A stretch of DNA of 63,922 nt, filler included, from Raillietiella orientalis (Eukaryota): NCBI GenBank assembly GCA_036172245.1. It is 8 parts of 8 records of this genome, joined end to end, with 100 filler letters (N's around TTAATTAATTAA, not from the genome) between each part and the next. Parts side by side here need not be neighbours in the genome. Positions count along the whole stretch, not along the records: positions 18,432 to 27,495 come from JAYWIR010000286.1; positions 27,596 to 36,408 come from JAYWIR010000288.1; 6 more parts are not named here. One strand, 5' to 3'. The notes below the pieces were generated by a model. That model ran no database searches. It saw only the letters and a program-made list of their open reading frames with translations, and was not told where the DNA came from. Each line of letters starts with the position of its first letter. The first letter of the stretch is position 1. The translations under genes were made by a program, and so were the position numbers. Shown here piece by piece: positions 23,104 to 36,508 of the stretch.

Positions 23104-26100
23104 CAGCGTAGCGGAGAGTTGCGCCCGATTGATGAAAATCCTCAAATTGCTTTCACCAATCGTATCCGTCGTAGATCAGCCGCCACTCTTCCGCCATGCT
23201 CATCCCAGCATGCTGACCACGAAACAGCTAATGCTGGCTTGATTGGGTCTCTGAATTCGAGACTGCAAACAAACAGCAGTGGAAACGAAACAGACTGCGA
23301 AGGAGACCAGTACAAGGTGCAAATCAAAGCTTACGCATTCGTGAGTAAATCAGTGACAATATCTGCTTAGTCTGGGGTATCAGAGTGTACTTTTCCTTGC
23401 CCTTCCTGTGCTACCTGACTCCGCGAAAGTGCTGCTTACACCCGCAGACATACACTTGTAGTCACCTTCACTTCTCAATAGCTAATAGGTTAATCTTTAG
23501 GAAGGGCGCTTCAGCAAAAGAGCTCAGTCATCACCGTTTGTTCGTGTCGATTTGACTTTGGGGTTCTTCTTTCATAGCTTTGACCAATTGGCATATACTA
23601 AAGAGGCAGGAAACTTTGAAAAATTCTTCGAAAATTTGCAGAATCCATTAGTTAATTTGATCAATTAAAAAGAAGTTGGACTCGATGTTTGAGAAAGTTG
23701 TAGGGACTCCCCGCACTCCCAATCGATTTGTTCACCAGAACAGCCGAACCTGCACCTCGCCAGAGTTCGGCTGGTTTCCTGAAAAGATGGCAAGGTCTTT
23801 CTGCAGTTAATTGCATTGGAGCAGGAAAACTCGGTCAATCAGCTGAGATTTTTTTCCCATACTTCAAGAGAAAGGAGGGAATGTTCGTGTAAAATAGGGC
23901 CACAGCGTCTCTGCAGAAAACGCGAAATGGGGGCCTGGAAAATGTGGAATCAAATTCGATTGCAGTGATGCAGATTTTCTTGATAGTCAGCCTGAGATGT
24001 GTGACTCGAACATACGTGCGCTTCGAATACACTGGTGTGCACGTGCACTTTTCTTTCCTCTCCCGCTCACACCAGAAAGCTGTACCGCACAGGTGATGTG
24101 AGTGGAGCCTAGTTTCATACAAGATGCATCCTCGATGGAGAGAACAAGTTTTGTGCCTTGGATCGCGACCAGGCTGCCTTTGCTCCTAGAATCCAATTTC
24201 CGTGCTCACAAAATGACAAAGAGAATTTCAAGAGCCTTGCAGTTTCTCATCACAACCTTGAAGCACATTTTCTAATGTTATTTAATTCCAGTATTTTGTC
24301 TTCGAAATCAAAGTGGGAGTTCCGGCGCGCACCGTGTTTGTCATACCCGATGGAAGATACGACTATGATCTAATTACGGGGTACGGGGTGAATGGTAAGC
24401 ACAGACCCTGAAGCATACACCTGTGTTCTAGCATTGTCACTTCAAGGTGAGATGAAGTACCCACCGGAACTTTCGTACACATTTCGGTATGCGAGTAAGC
24501 CCGAAATTATTTGGATGGATGACATTGCTTACTTGGTCCAGCACGGAGAGGATGACATAAGTGTGAGTTTTGATTTGAAAAGCAACACCTTAAGAGCAGG
24601 GCAGGTGGAATAACATTTGAAATAAGTCTGCGTGTGACGCCGTGACGAGATCTTACCGTAAGATTTCTTTCATGAATTTCCCACGAAATTTGGCTGGCTT
24701 TACTTGGCTAAGCACGGACTCTTTCAATACGGAGTGGTCTAAACCACGGCAACCCTAAAGTGGTGAACCCAATTCCTGACAAAGAGCTGGCCAAGAGCTC
24801 AGTTCGCGTGTGGTCGAACGAACGCAACTGATTCTGCGTCTGAGACCGCGGCGCATTGAAATTTCATGCATGTTTTCCATGGATAACCATCCATTTTGGT
24901 TTCGAGTTACTTTCTCAGTCGAGCCACCTGCCATTTCTTTACTGAGCTTCAGAAGCATCTGAAGCTCAGTGAGGTATAGCTGGAATGCAGGAATCTTCAG
25001 CTAAATCATTGTCGTTTTACTTCCAGGCAGGAGGCAGACGTACGATCAACAAAAAATTCTATACGCTGTCGAAATTTCCTTTTCCACGAGCGGCGTGCCC
25101 CATGCAAGGATTCTTTGGATTCTCACCTGCTCTGCTCTCCACATCTCACAAACAAGCCTCATGGCTCTTTACCATTGCATCGGAGTATCCGAAGACGAAC
25201 CGAAAGTTTACGTTTCGGTTTAGCGGGTAATGTACCTTAGAAAACAGGAATGTTTTGACAAGTATGAATATGCTGATCCTGTGAACCGAAGCAGGAAACC
25301 ATTGTGCTCGATTTTCTTTCTCCCGGCTCCCAGAGAAGAGTGCTGCTGCTGTACATTTGCAGTGTGCCGTAAATAAAACGCATGATGCGCGCGCGCACAT
25401 ACATTTGAGCCAACTTCTGCGCCACTGCCGTGATCCCTCATTGTCTTCCGTACGAAGAACAAGCAGCTGTAATTTCCATTGTCCCCAACAAGGATATCCA
25501 GACAAGGATATCCAGATATCCAGACGCACATAACATGAAATTCCAACAGCTCACGATAGATTGTTTCTTCCGAAATTCATACAGCAGAAGTAGCTATCTA
25601 ATCAGGCTTCCTAGAGGGATCATTTTGAGTGCTTTGGAAAGAAATTTGGCATTCAGAAGACTAAGGCGAATACTAGTCAGTAGATCAGTCATAATTTTGT
25701 GCTTGTGTGCACGCACAGATGAGCTGCGAGTGACTTTCAAGATACAAACACAGTCAGCTCATCTGCAGTCTGCTGCATTACCACTTCATGAAGAATCATG
25801 AAATTCTATTTTCACCTCTCCCACGTTCTATAAAGAAATTTCTTCTGCCAAAGCTTTAAGAGATCACCACAGCGTGTTTCAAGGTCTAAACACAACGCAA
25901 CACAGGAACCTTTTTGTATCTGACTCCTGTTTCCAATGTATTTGTTATGATGAGGAAACCCCAAAGAATTCTGTGATAAATATGTGCGCTTGAAATGAAG
26001 AGTCAGATTCACAAGGATGCCCCGCGTACGTTCCTTGTGAAGGCATTGTGCAGGAGGAGCGCTTAGGTAGAACAAAGTTCCATTTATAGTGAAACTAGAT

Positions 26101-26776
26101 CTTTAGAAACCCGAAAAATTAGGAATTCTTCGCAAACAAGAACAAAATGACACTGTTGTGAAGGATGGCATTTGTTCCAGGAGTTTCCCAGTTTCTGCAA
26201 CGAGATGCCATCGCTAAAGCTCGTGAAGAGGACCATTGCCTGCATTCCGGCATTTGCCCGTCGAGATATGCGGGTAACACCCCCGCGCTCGAATTCAACC
26301 TTCGTAAACTTCCGGCACGCGTTCCAATCAAGAATGCAGCCACAAGAAGGTTGCCATGCCATTCTTGGAGATTTATCTGCAATTCGCACCTACGACTGAG
26401 AACACAAAGGCTTTGCTTTCGAGGTTCGTGAATGCACGCGGGAGAGACTGCAAAACACGAGCCACTTGCTCAGCCCGAGCAATTCCTTGCTAATGAAGGA
26501 CCAACACGAAATGCTGCTCCGGAGGCTCATCAGGCTGCGACATATCGGCAGGCTCTTTTCCAAGACGGAAATCCCTGCACAGTCGTACGCAACCTACTTC
26601 CCAAAATGCTGGGAACTCGCCATCCATTTACGGTCCACTGTAGAGCGACGAAGGATTCTTTTATCCTTGTGTTAAACTTGAATGGTTACGGCGCCCCTAT
26701 TGGGTGCAACTGGAGCAGTCTCCGATCAAGAAAGCAGATTACAGGTGGATGACATGGCACTGCGCACTGGATAAGA
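23104..26776 (+). CDS. Spliced, divergent pepsin-like (A1 aspartic protease fold) gene, N-terminal lobe; incomplete or disrupted
   Basis: Phase-compatible GT-AG exons: 23104-23316 (tentative), 24292-24394, 24447-24562, 25027-25226 and 26644-~26776 (frameshifted). Spliced protein: YFVFEIKVGVPARTVFVIPDGRY...KYPPELSYTF...HGEDDISAGG...QGFFGFS...KFTFRFSG, resembling pepsin Y..I.IGTP..F.V.FDTGS...YDP..SSTY...DTV..GG...DGILGL...FSFYL. Confidence 0.6.
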
Positions 26777-27104
26777 GGAGCAAAGGACGCCAACCGTGTT
26801 TTCCTCCTTCTTTCCTCTTCTGGAGATACACAGGCATCGGATTTGGAGACAGAAGTATTAAAGAAGTGCATTCTCGATTTGGCCGTGGTAGACAAAATGT
26901 AGAACATACGCTTTTATCAGAAAAGCACAGATCATACTGTTTCTTAGTGAAAGCCTGCGTCTACCCTCTTTCGAGGATTTACCGAATAACTATGCGCGAC
27001 AACGATTCTTGTCGAGTCCAATGTTTTCAACAAACTTTGCAGGATTCCACAATACTTCGGAGCCGCTGGAAACTTCCTACTAGGGAGTTCTGCAATGAAG
27101 GGTG

Positions 27105-27494
27105 CGCAGTTTCAATCCGAACCCAAAGTCTTCAGCGTCACGGTCAGACAATCTTTCTGGGCACTGCCAGTGCAGGGGTAGGATGCAGCGAGAGAGCACA
27201 CTGAACATCCCTTGCGACAACTCCGGATTTCGTTTCCTAGAGCGACACTCGGATCGACGGAGATCTGCGAAGAAGGATGCTTGGGAGTTTTTGATTTTTC
27301 CTATGTAGGAATCGGTATCTCCCGGATGGGTTACTCGATCTTCCGCAAGCATCTGGGACTCGAAAGTGCCGATCAAAATTCCAACATGCGATGGGTAAGT
27401 GATCTCCCGCGCAGACTTTGGATTCATGCGTTCTCCACAGATGCACTGTCCTCCCAAGGACAAGCTTCCCAAACTCACGGTGATCATACAAGGA
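27105..27494 (-). repeat. Right arm of ~390-bp inverted repeat at the contig end
   Basis: Essentially identical inverted copy of 18432-18821; similarity decays over a further ~20 bp inward. Confidence 0.95.
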
Positions 27495-27595
27495 ANNNNN
27501 NNNNNNNNNNNNNNNNNNNNNNNNNNNNNNNNNNNNNNNTTAATTAATTAANNNNNNNNNNNNNNNNNNNNNNNNNNNNNNNNNNNNNNNNNNNN

Positions 27596-30500
27596 TTTGG
27601 ACGGAAAACACCACACTGGAAATAGAAAACATAGAGGAATTTCTGTGATGCATTTTGAAGATTCAATTTCTATGCTGGAAGACGAAGTAGATTGATTCCA
27701 ACCGTTTTGATGTCTCAGGATTGCGACCGAATTAATCGGGAACCGGCCATGGTCGTTTTGGTGCAAGTGCGGAGATTTGTACGGAAAACACCACATTGGA
27801 AATAGAAAAGATAAAGGAATTTTTTTGATCCACTTTGAAGATTCTATTTGGATGCAGGAAGTGGAAGTAGATTGCTTCCAACCATTTTGATGTCTCAGGA
27901 TTGCGACCGAATTCATCGGGAACCGGCCATGGTCGTTTTGGTGCAAGTGCGGAGATTTGGACGGAAAACACCACACTGGAAATAGAAAACATAGAGGAAT
28001 TTCTGTGATGCATTTTGAAGATTCAATTGCTATGCTGGAAGACGAAGTAGATTGATTCCAACCATTTTGATGTCTCAGGATTGCGACCGAATTCTTCGGG
28101 AAGCTGCCATGGTGGTTTAGGTGCAAGTGCGGAGATTTGGACGGAAAACACCACATTGGAAATAGAAAAGATAGAGGAATCTTTGGGAAGCACTTTGAAG
28201 ATTCTATTTGGATGCAGGAAGTAAAAGTAGATTGCTTCCAACCATTTTCATGTCTCAGGATTGCGACCGAATTAATCGGGAACCGGCCATGGTCATTTTG
28301 GTGCAAGTGCGGAAATTTGTACGGAAAACACCACATTGGAAATAGAAAAGATAAAGGAATTTTTTTTATCCACTTTGAAGATTCTATTTGGATGCAGGAA
28401 GTGGAAGTAGATTGCTTCCAACCATTTTGATGTCTCAGGATTGCGACCGAATTCATCGGGAACCGGCCATGGTCGTTTTGGTGCAAGTGCGGAGATTTGG
28501 ACGGAAAACACCACATTGGAAATAGAAAAGATAGAAGAATTTCTGTGATGCATTTTGAAGATTCAATTTCTATGCTGGAAGACCAAGTAGATTGATTCCA
28601 ACCATTTTGATGTCTCAGGATTTCGACCGAATTCATCGGGAAGCGGCCATGGTCGTTTTGGTGCTAGTGTGGAGATTTGGACGGAAAACACCACATTGGA
28701 AATAGAAAAGATAAAGGAATTTTTTTGATCCACTTTGAAGATTCTATTTGGATGTAGGAAGTGGAAGTAGATTGCTTCCAACCATTTTCATGTCTCAGGA
28801 TTGCGACCGAATTAATCGGGAACCGGCCATGGTCGTTTTGGTGCAAGTGCGGAGATTTGTACGGAAAACACCACATTGGAAATAGAAAAGATAAAGGAAT
28901 TTTCTTGATCCACTTTGAAGATTCTATTTGGATGCAGGAAGTGGAAGTAGTTTGCTTCCAACCATTTTGATGTCTCAGGATTGCGACCGAATTCATCGGG
29001 AACCGGCCATGGTCGTTTTGGTGCAAGTCCGGAGATTTGGACGGAAAACACCACATTGGAAATAGAAAAGATAGAGGAATTTTTTTGATGCACTTTGAGG
29101 ATTCTATCTCTATGCTGGAAGTGGAAGTACATTGATTCCAACCATTTTCATGTCTCACGATTGCGACCGAATTCATCGGGAACCGGCCATGGTCGTTTTG
29201 GTGCAAGTGCGCAGATTTGGACGGAAAACACCACACTGGAAATAGAAAACATAGAGGAATTTCTGTGATGCATTTTGAAGATTCAATTTCTATGCTGGAA
29301 GACGAAGTAGATTGATTCCAACCGTTTTGATGTCTCAGGATTTCGACCGAATTCATCGGGAAGCGGCCATGGTCGTTTTGGTGCTAGTGTGGAGATTTGG
29401 ACGGAAAACACCACATTGGAAATAGAAAAGATAAAGGAATTTGTTTGATCCACTTTGAAGATTCTATTTGGATGTAGGAAGTGGAAGTAGATTGCTTCCA
29501 ACCATTTTCATGTCTCAGGATTGCGACCGAATTAATCGGGAACCGGCCATGGTCATTTTGGTGCAAGTGCGGAAATTTGTACGGAAAACACCACATTGGA
29601 AATAGAAAAGATAAAGGAATTTTTTTTATCCACTTTGAAGATTCTATTTGGATGCAGGAAGTGGAAGTAGATTGCTTCCAACCATTTTGATGTCTCAGGA
29701 TTGCGACCGAATTCATCGGGAACCGGCCATGGTCGTTTTGGTGCAAGTGCGGAGATTTGGACGGAAAACACCACATTGGAAATAGAAAAGATAGAAGAAT
29801 TTCTGTGATGCATTTTGAAGATTCAATTTCTATGCTGGAAGACCAAGTAGATTGATTCCAACCATTTTGATGTCTCAGGATTTCGACCGAATTCATCGGG
29901 AAGCGGCCATGGTCGTTTTGGTGCTAGTGTGGAGATTTGGACGGAAAACACCACATTGGAAATAGAAAAGATAAAGGAATTTTTTTGATCCACTTTGAAG
30001 ATTCTATTTGGATGTAGGAAGTGGAAGTAGATTGCTTCCAACCATTTTCATGTCTCAGGATTGCGACCGAATTCATCGGGAACCGGCCATGGTCGTTTTG
30101 GTGCAAGTGCGGAGATTTGGACGGAAAACACCACATTGGAAATAGAAAAGATAGAAGAATTTCTGTGATGCATTTTGAAGATTCAATTTCTATGCTGGAA
30201 GACCAAGTAGATTGATTCCAACCATTTTGATGTCTCAGGATTTCGACCGAATTCATCGGGAAGCGGCCATGGTCGTTTTGGTGCTAGTGTGGAGATTTGG
30301 ACGGAAAACACCACATTGGAAATAGAAAAGATAAAGGAATTTTTTTGATCCACTTTGAAGATTCTATTTGGATGTAGGAAGTGGAAGTAGATTGCTTCCA
30401 ACCATTTTCATGTCTCAGGATTGCGACCGAATTAATCGGGAACCGGCCATGGTCGTTTTGGTGCAAGTGCGGAGATTTGTACGGAAAACACCACATTGGA

Positions 30501-33500
30501 AATAGAAAAGATAAAGGAATTTTCTTGATCCACTTTGAAGATTCTATTTGGATGCAGGAAGTGGAAGTAGTTTGCTTCCAACCATTTTGATGTCTCAGGA
30601 TTGCGACCGAATTCATCGGGAACCGGCCATGGTCGTTTTGGTGCAAGTGCGGAGATTTGGACGGAAAACACCACACTGGAAATAGAAAACATAGAGGAAT
30701 TTCTGTGATGCATTTTGAAGATTCAATTTCTATGCTGGAAGACGAAGTAGATTGATTCCAACCATTTTGATGTCTCAGGATTGCGACCGAATTCTTCGGG
30801 AAGCTGCCATGGTGGTTTAGGTGCAAGTGCGGAGATTTGGACGGAAAACACCACATTGGAAATAGAAAAGATAAAGTAATTTATTTGAACCACTTTGAAG
30901 ATTGTATTTGGATGCAGGAAATGGAAGTAGATTGCTTCCAACCATTTTGATGTCAAACGATTGCGACCGAATTCATCGGGAACCGGCCATGGTCGTTTAG
31001 GTGCAAGTGCGGAGATTTGGACGGAAAACACCACATTGGAAATAGCAAAGATAGAGGAATTTTTCTGATGCATTTTGAAGATTCTATTTCTATGCTGGAA
31101 GAGGAAGTAGATTGATTCCAACCATTTTGATGTCTCAGGATTCCGACCGAATTCATCGGGAAGCGGCCATGGTCGTTTACGTGCAAGTGCGGAGATTTGG
31201 ACGGAAAACATCACATTGGAAATAGAAAAGATAGAGGAATTTTTTGCATACACTTTGAAGATTGTATTTGGATGCAGGAAGTGGGAGTATATTGCTTCCA
31301 ACCATTTTGATGTCTAAGGATTGCGACCGATTTCATCGGGAACCGGCCATGGACGTTTAGGTGCAAGTGCGGAGATTTGGACGGAAAACACCACATTGGA
31401 AATAGAAAAGATAGAGGAATTTTTTGCATGCACTTTGAAGATTGTATTTGGATGCAGGAAGTGGAAGTAGATTGCTTCCAACCATTTTGATGTCTCAGGA
31501 TTGCGACCGAATTCATCGGGAACCGGCCATGGTCGTTTTGGTGCAAGTGCGGAGATTTGGACGGAAAACACCACATTGGAAATAGAAAAGATAGAAGAAT
31601 TTCTGTGATGCATTTTGAAGATTCAATTTCTATGCTGGAAGACCAAGTAGATTGATTCCAACCATTTTGATGTCTCAGGATTTCGACCGAATTCATCGGG
31701 AAGCGGCCATGGTCGTTTTGGTGCTAGTGTGGAGATTTGGACGGAAAACACCACATTGGAAATAGAAAAGATAAAGGAATTTTTTTGATCCACTTTGAAG
31801 ATTCTATTTGGATGTAGGAAGTGGAAGTAGATTGCTTCCAACCATTTTCATGTCTCAGGATTGCGACCGAATTAATCGGGAACCGGCCATGGTCGTTTTG
31901 GTGCAAGTGCGGAGATTTGGACGGAAAACACCACATTGGAAATAGAAAACATAGAGGAATTTCTGTGATGCATTTTGAAGATTCAATTTCTATCCTGGAA
32001 GACGGAGTAGATTGCTTCCAACCATTTTGATGTCTCAGGATTGCGACCGAATTCATCGGGAACCGGCCATGGTCGTTTTGGTGCAAGTGCGCAGATTTGG
32101 ACGGAAAACACCACACTGGAAATAGAAAACATAGAGGAATTTCTGTGATGCATTTTGAAGATTCAATTTCTATGCTGGAAGACGAAGTAGATTGATTCCA
32201 ACCGTTTTGATGTCTCAGGATTGCGACCGAATTAATCGGGAACCGGCCATGGTCATTTTGGTGCAAGTGCGGAAATTTGTACGGAAAACACCACATTGGA
32301 AATAGAAAAGATAAAGGAATTTTTATCCACTTTGAAGATTCTATTTGGATGCAGGAAGTGGAAGTAGATTGCTTCCAACCATTTTGATGTCTCAGGATTG
32401 CGACCGAATTCATCGGGAACCGGCCATGGTCGTTTTGGTGCAAGTGCGGAGATTTGGACGGAAAACACCACATTGGAAATAGAAAAGATAGAGGAATTTC
32501 TGTGATGCATTTTGAAGATTCAATTTCTATGCTGGAAGACGAAGTAGATTGATTCCAACCATTTTGATGTCTCAGGATTTCGACCGAATTCATCGGGAAG
32601 CGGCCATGGTCGTTTTGGTGCTAGTGTGGAGATTTGGACGGAAAACACCACATTGGAAATAGAAAAGATAAAGGAATTTTTTTGATCCACTTTGAAGATT
32701 CTATTTGGATGTAGGAAGTGGAAGTAGATTGCTTCCAACCATTTTCATGTCTCAGGATTGCGACCGAATTAATCGGGAACCGGCCATGGTCGTTTTGGTG
32801 CAAGTGCGGAGATTTGTACGGAAAACACCACATTGGAAATAGAAAAGATAAAGGAATTTTCTTGATCCACTTTGAAGATTCTATTTGGATGCAGGAAGTG
32901 GAAGTAGTTTGCTTCCAACCATTTTGATGTCTCAGGATTGCGACCGAATTCATCGGGAACCGGCCATGGTCGTTTTGGTGCAAGTCCGGAGATTTGGACG
33001 GAAAACACCACATTGGAAATAGAAAAGATAGAGGAATTTTTTTGATGCACTTTGAGGATTCTATCTCTATGCTGGAAGTGGAAGTACATTGATTCCAACC
33101 ATTTTCATGTCTCACGATTGCGACCGAATTCATCGGGAACCGGCCATGGTCGTTTTGGTGCAAGTGCGCAGATTTGGACGGAAAACACCACACTGGAAAT
33201 AGAAAACATAGAGGAATTTCTGTGATGCATTTTGAAGATTCAATTTCTATGCTGGAAGACGAAGTAGATTGATTCCAACCGTTTTGATGTCTCAGGATTT
33301 CGACCGAATTCATCGGGAAGCGGCCATGGTCGTTTTGGTGCTAGTGTGGAGATTTGGACGGAAAACACCACATTGGAAATAGAAAAGATAAAGGAATTTG
33401 TTTGATCCACTTTGAAGATTCTATTTGGATGTAGGAAGTGGAAGTAGATTGCTTCCAACCATTTTCATGTCTCAGGATTGCGACCGAATTAATCGGGAAC

Positions 33501-36408
33501 CGGCCATGGTCATTTTGGTGCAAGTGCGGAAATTTGTACGGAAAACACCACATTGGAAATAGAAAAGATAAAGGAATTTTTATCCACTTTGAAGATTCTA
33601 TTTGGATGCAGGAAGTGGAAGTAGATTGCTTCCAACCATTTTGATGTCTCAGGATTGCGACCGAATTCATCGGGAACCGGCCATGGTCGTTTTGGTGCAA
33701 GTGCGGAGATTTGGACGGAAAACACCACATTGGAAATAGAAAAGATAGAAGAATTTCTGTGATGCATTTTGAAGATTCAATTTCTATGCTGGAAGACCAA
33801 GTAGATTGATTCCAACCATTTTGATGTCTCAGGATTTCGACCGAATTCATCGGGAAGCGGCCATGGTCGTTTTGGTGCTAGTGTGGAGATTTGGACGGAA
33901 AACACCACATTGGAAATAGAAAAGATAAAGGAATTTTTTGATCCACTTTGAAGATTCTATTTGGATGCAGGAAGTGGAAGTAGATTGCTTCCAACCATTT
34001 TGATGTCTCAGGATTGCGACCGAATTCATCGGGAACCGGCCATGGTCGTTTTGGTGCAAGTGCGGAGATTTGGACGGAAAACACCACATTGGAAATAGAA
34101 AAGATAGAAGAATTTCTGTGATGCATTTTGAAGATTCAATTTCTATGCTGGAAGACCAAGTAGATTGATTCCAACCATTTTGATGTCTCAGGATTTCGAC
34201 CGAATTCATCGGGAAGCGGCCATGGTCGTTTTGGTGCTAGTGTGGAGATTTGGACGGAAAACACCACATTGGAAATAGAAAAGATAAAGGAATTTTTTTG
34301 ATCCACTTTGAAGATTCTATTTGGATGTAGGAAGTGGAAGTAGATTGCTTCCAACCATTTTCATGTCTCAGGATTGCGACCGAATTAATCGGGAACCGGC
34401 CATGGTCGTTTTGGTGCAAGTGCGGAGATTTGTACGGAAAACACCACATTGGAAATAGAAAAGATAAAGGAATTTTCTTGATCCACTTTGAAGATTCTAT
34501 TTGGATGCAGGAAGTGGAAGTAGTTTGCTTCCAACCATTTTGATGTCTCAGGATTGCGACCGAATTCATCGGGAACCGGCCATGGTCGTTTTGGTGCAAG
34601 TGCGGAGATTTGGACGGAAAACACCACACTGGAAATAGAAAACATAGAGGAATTTCTGTGATGCATTTTGAAGATTCAATTTCTATGCTGGAAGACGAAG
34701 TAGATTGATTCCAACCATTTTGATGTCTCAGGATTGCGACCGAATTCTTCGGGAAGCTGCCATGGTGGTTTAGGTGCAAGTGCGGAGATTTGGACGGAAA
34801 ACACCACATTGGAAATAGAAAAGATAAAGTAATTTATTTGAACCACTTTGAAGATTGTATTTGGATGCAGGAAATGGAAGTAGATTGCTTCCAACCATTT
34901 TGATGTCAAACGATTGCGACCGAATTCATCGGGAACCGGCCATGGTCGTTTAGGTGCAAGTGCGGAGATTTGGACGGAAAACACCACATTGGAAATAGCA
35001 AAGATAGAGGAATTTTTTTGATGCATTTTGAAAATTCTATTTCTATGCTGGAAGAGGAAGTAGATTGATTCCAACCATTTTGATGTCTCAGGATTCCGAC
35101 CGAATTCATCGGGAAGCGGCCATGGTCGTTTACGTGCAAGTGCGGAGATTTGGACGGAAAACATCACATTGGAAATAGAAAAGATAGAGGAATTTTTTGC
35201 ATACACTTTGAAGATTGTATTTGGATGCAGGAAGTGGGAGTATATTGCTTCCAACCATTTTGATGTCTAAGGATTGCGACCGATTTCATCGGGAACCGGC
35301 CATGGACGTTTAGGTGCAAGTGCGGAGATTTGGACGGAAAACACCACATTGGAAATAGAAAAGATAGAGGAATTTTTTGCATACACTTTGAAGATTGTAT
35401 TTGGATGCAGGAAGTGGAAGTAGATTGCTTCCAACCATTTTGATGTCTCAGGATTGCGACCGAATTCATCGGGAACCGGCCATGGTCGTTTTGGTGCAAG
35501 TGCGGAGATTTGGACGGAAAACACCACATTGGAAATAGAAAAGATAGAAGAATTTCTGTGATGCATTTTGAAGATTCAATTTCTATGCTGGAAGACCAAG
35601 TAGATTGATTCCAACCATTTTGATGTCTCAGGATTTCGACCGAATTCATCGGGAAGCGGCCATGGTCGTTTTGGTGCTAGTGTGGAGATTTGGACGGAAA
35701 ACACCACATTGGAAATAGAAAAGATAAAGGAATTTTTTTGATCCACTTTGAAGATTCTATTTGGATGTAGGAAGTGGAAGTAGATTGCTTCCAACCATTT
35801 TCATGTCTCAGGATTGCGACCGAATTAATCGGGAACCGGCCATGGTCGTTTTGGTGCAAGTGCGAAGATTTGGACGGAAAACACCACATTGGAAATAGAA
35901 AACATAGAGGAATTTCTGTGATGCATTTTGAAGATTCAATTTCTATCCTGGAAGACGGAGTAGATTGCTTCCAACCATTTTGATGTCTCAGGATTGCGAC
36001 CGAATTCATCGGGAACCGGCCATGGTCGTTTTGGTGCAAGTGCGCAGATTTGGACGGAAAACACCACACTGGAAATAGAAAACATAGAGGAATTTCTGTG
36101 ATGCATTTTGAAGATTCAATTTCTATGCTGGAAGACGAAGTAGATTGATTCCAACCGTTTTGATGTCTCAGGATTGCGACCGAATTAATCGGGAACCGGC
36201 CATGGTCATTTTGGTGCAAGTGCGGAAATTTGTACGGAAAACACCACATTGGAAATAGAAAAGATAAAGGAATTTTTTTTATCCACTTTGAAGATTCTAT
36301 TTGGATGCAGGAAGTGGAAGTAGATTGCTTCCAACCATTTTGATGTCTCAGGATTGCGACCGAATTCATCGGGAACCGGCCATGGTCGTTTTGGTGCAAG
36401 TGCGGAGA
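27596..36408. repeat. Satellite array, 180-bp monomer (~49 copies)
   Basis: Three 60-nt lines repeat in exact register (acggaaaacaccacattggaaatagaaaag...). Two monomer subtypes are present. Confidence 0.98.
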
Positions 36409-36508
36409 NNNNNNNNNNNNNNNNNNNNNNNNNNNNNNNNNNNNNNNNNNNNTTAATTAATTAANNNNNNNNNNNNNNNNNNNNNNNNNNNNNNNNNNNN
36501 NNNNNNNN

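Noticed and set aside
25492..25525. Short GGATATCCAGA tandem, and a 9-bp hairpin at 23741-23773
   Set aside because: Too short to distinguish from chance or slippage in intronic DNA.
27596..36408. Long minus-strand ORFs (up to 362 aa) of repeating 60-aa units
   Set aside because: They follow from a 180-bp monomer being divisible by 3. Variant monomers introduce stops and frameshifts freely, and no domain is recognisable.
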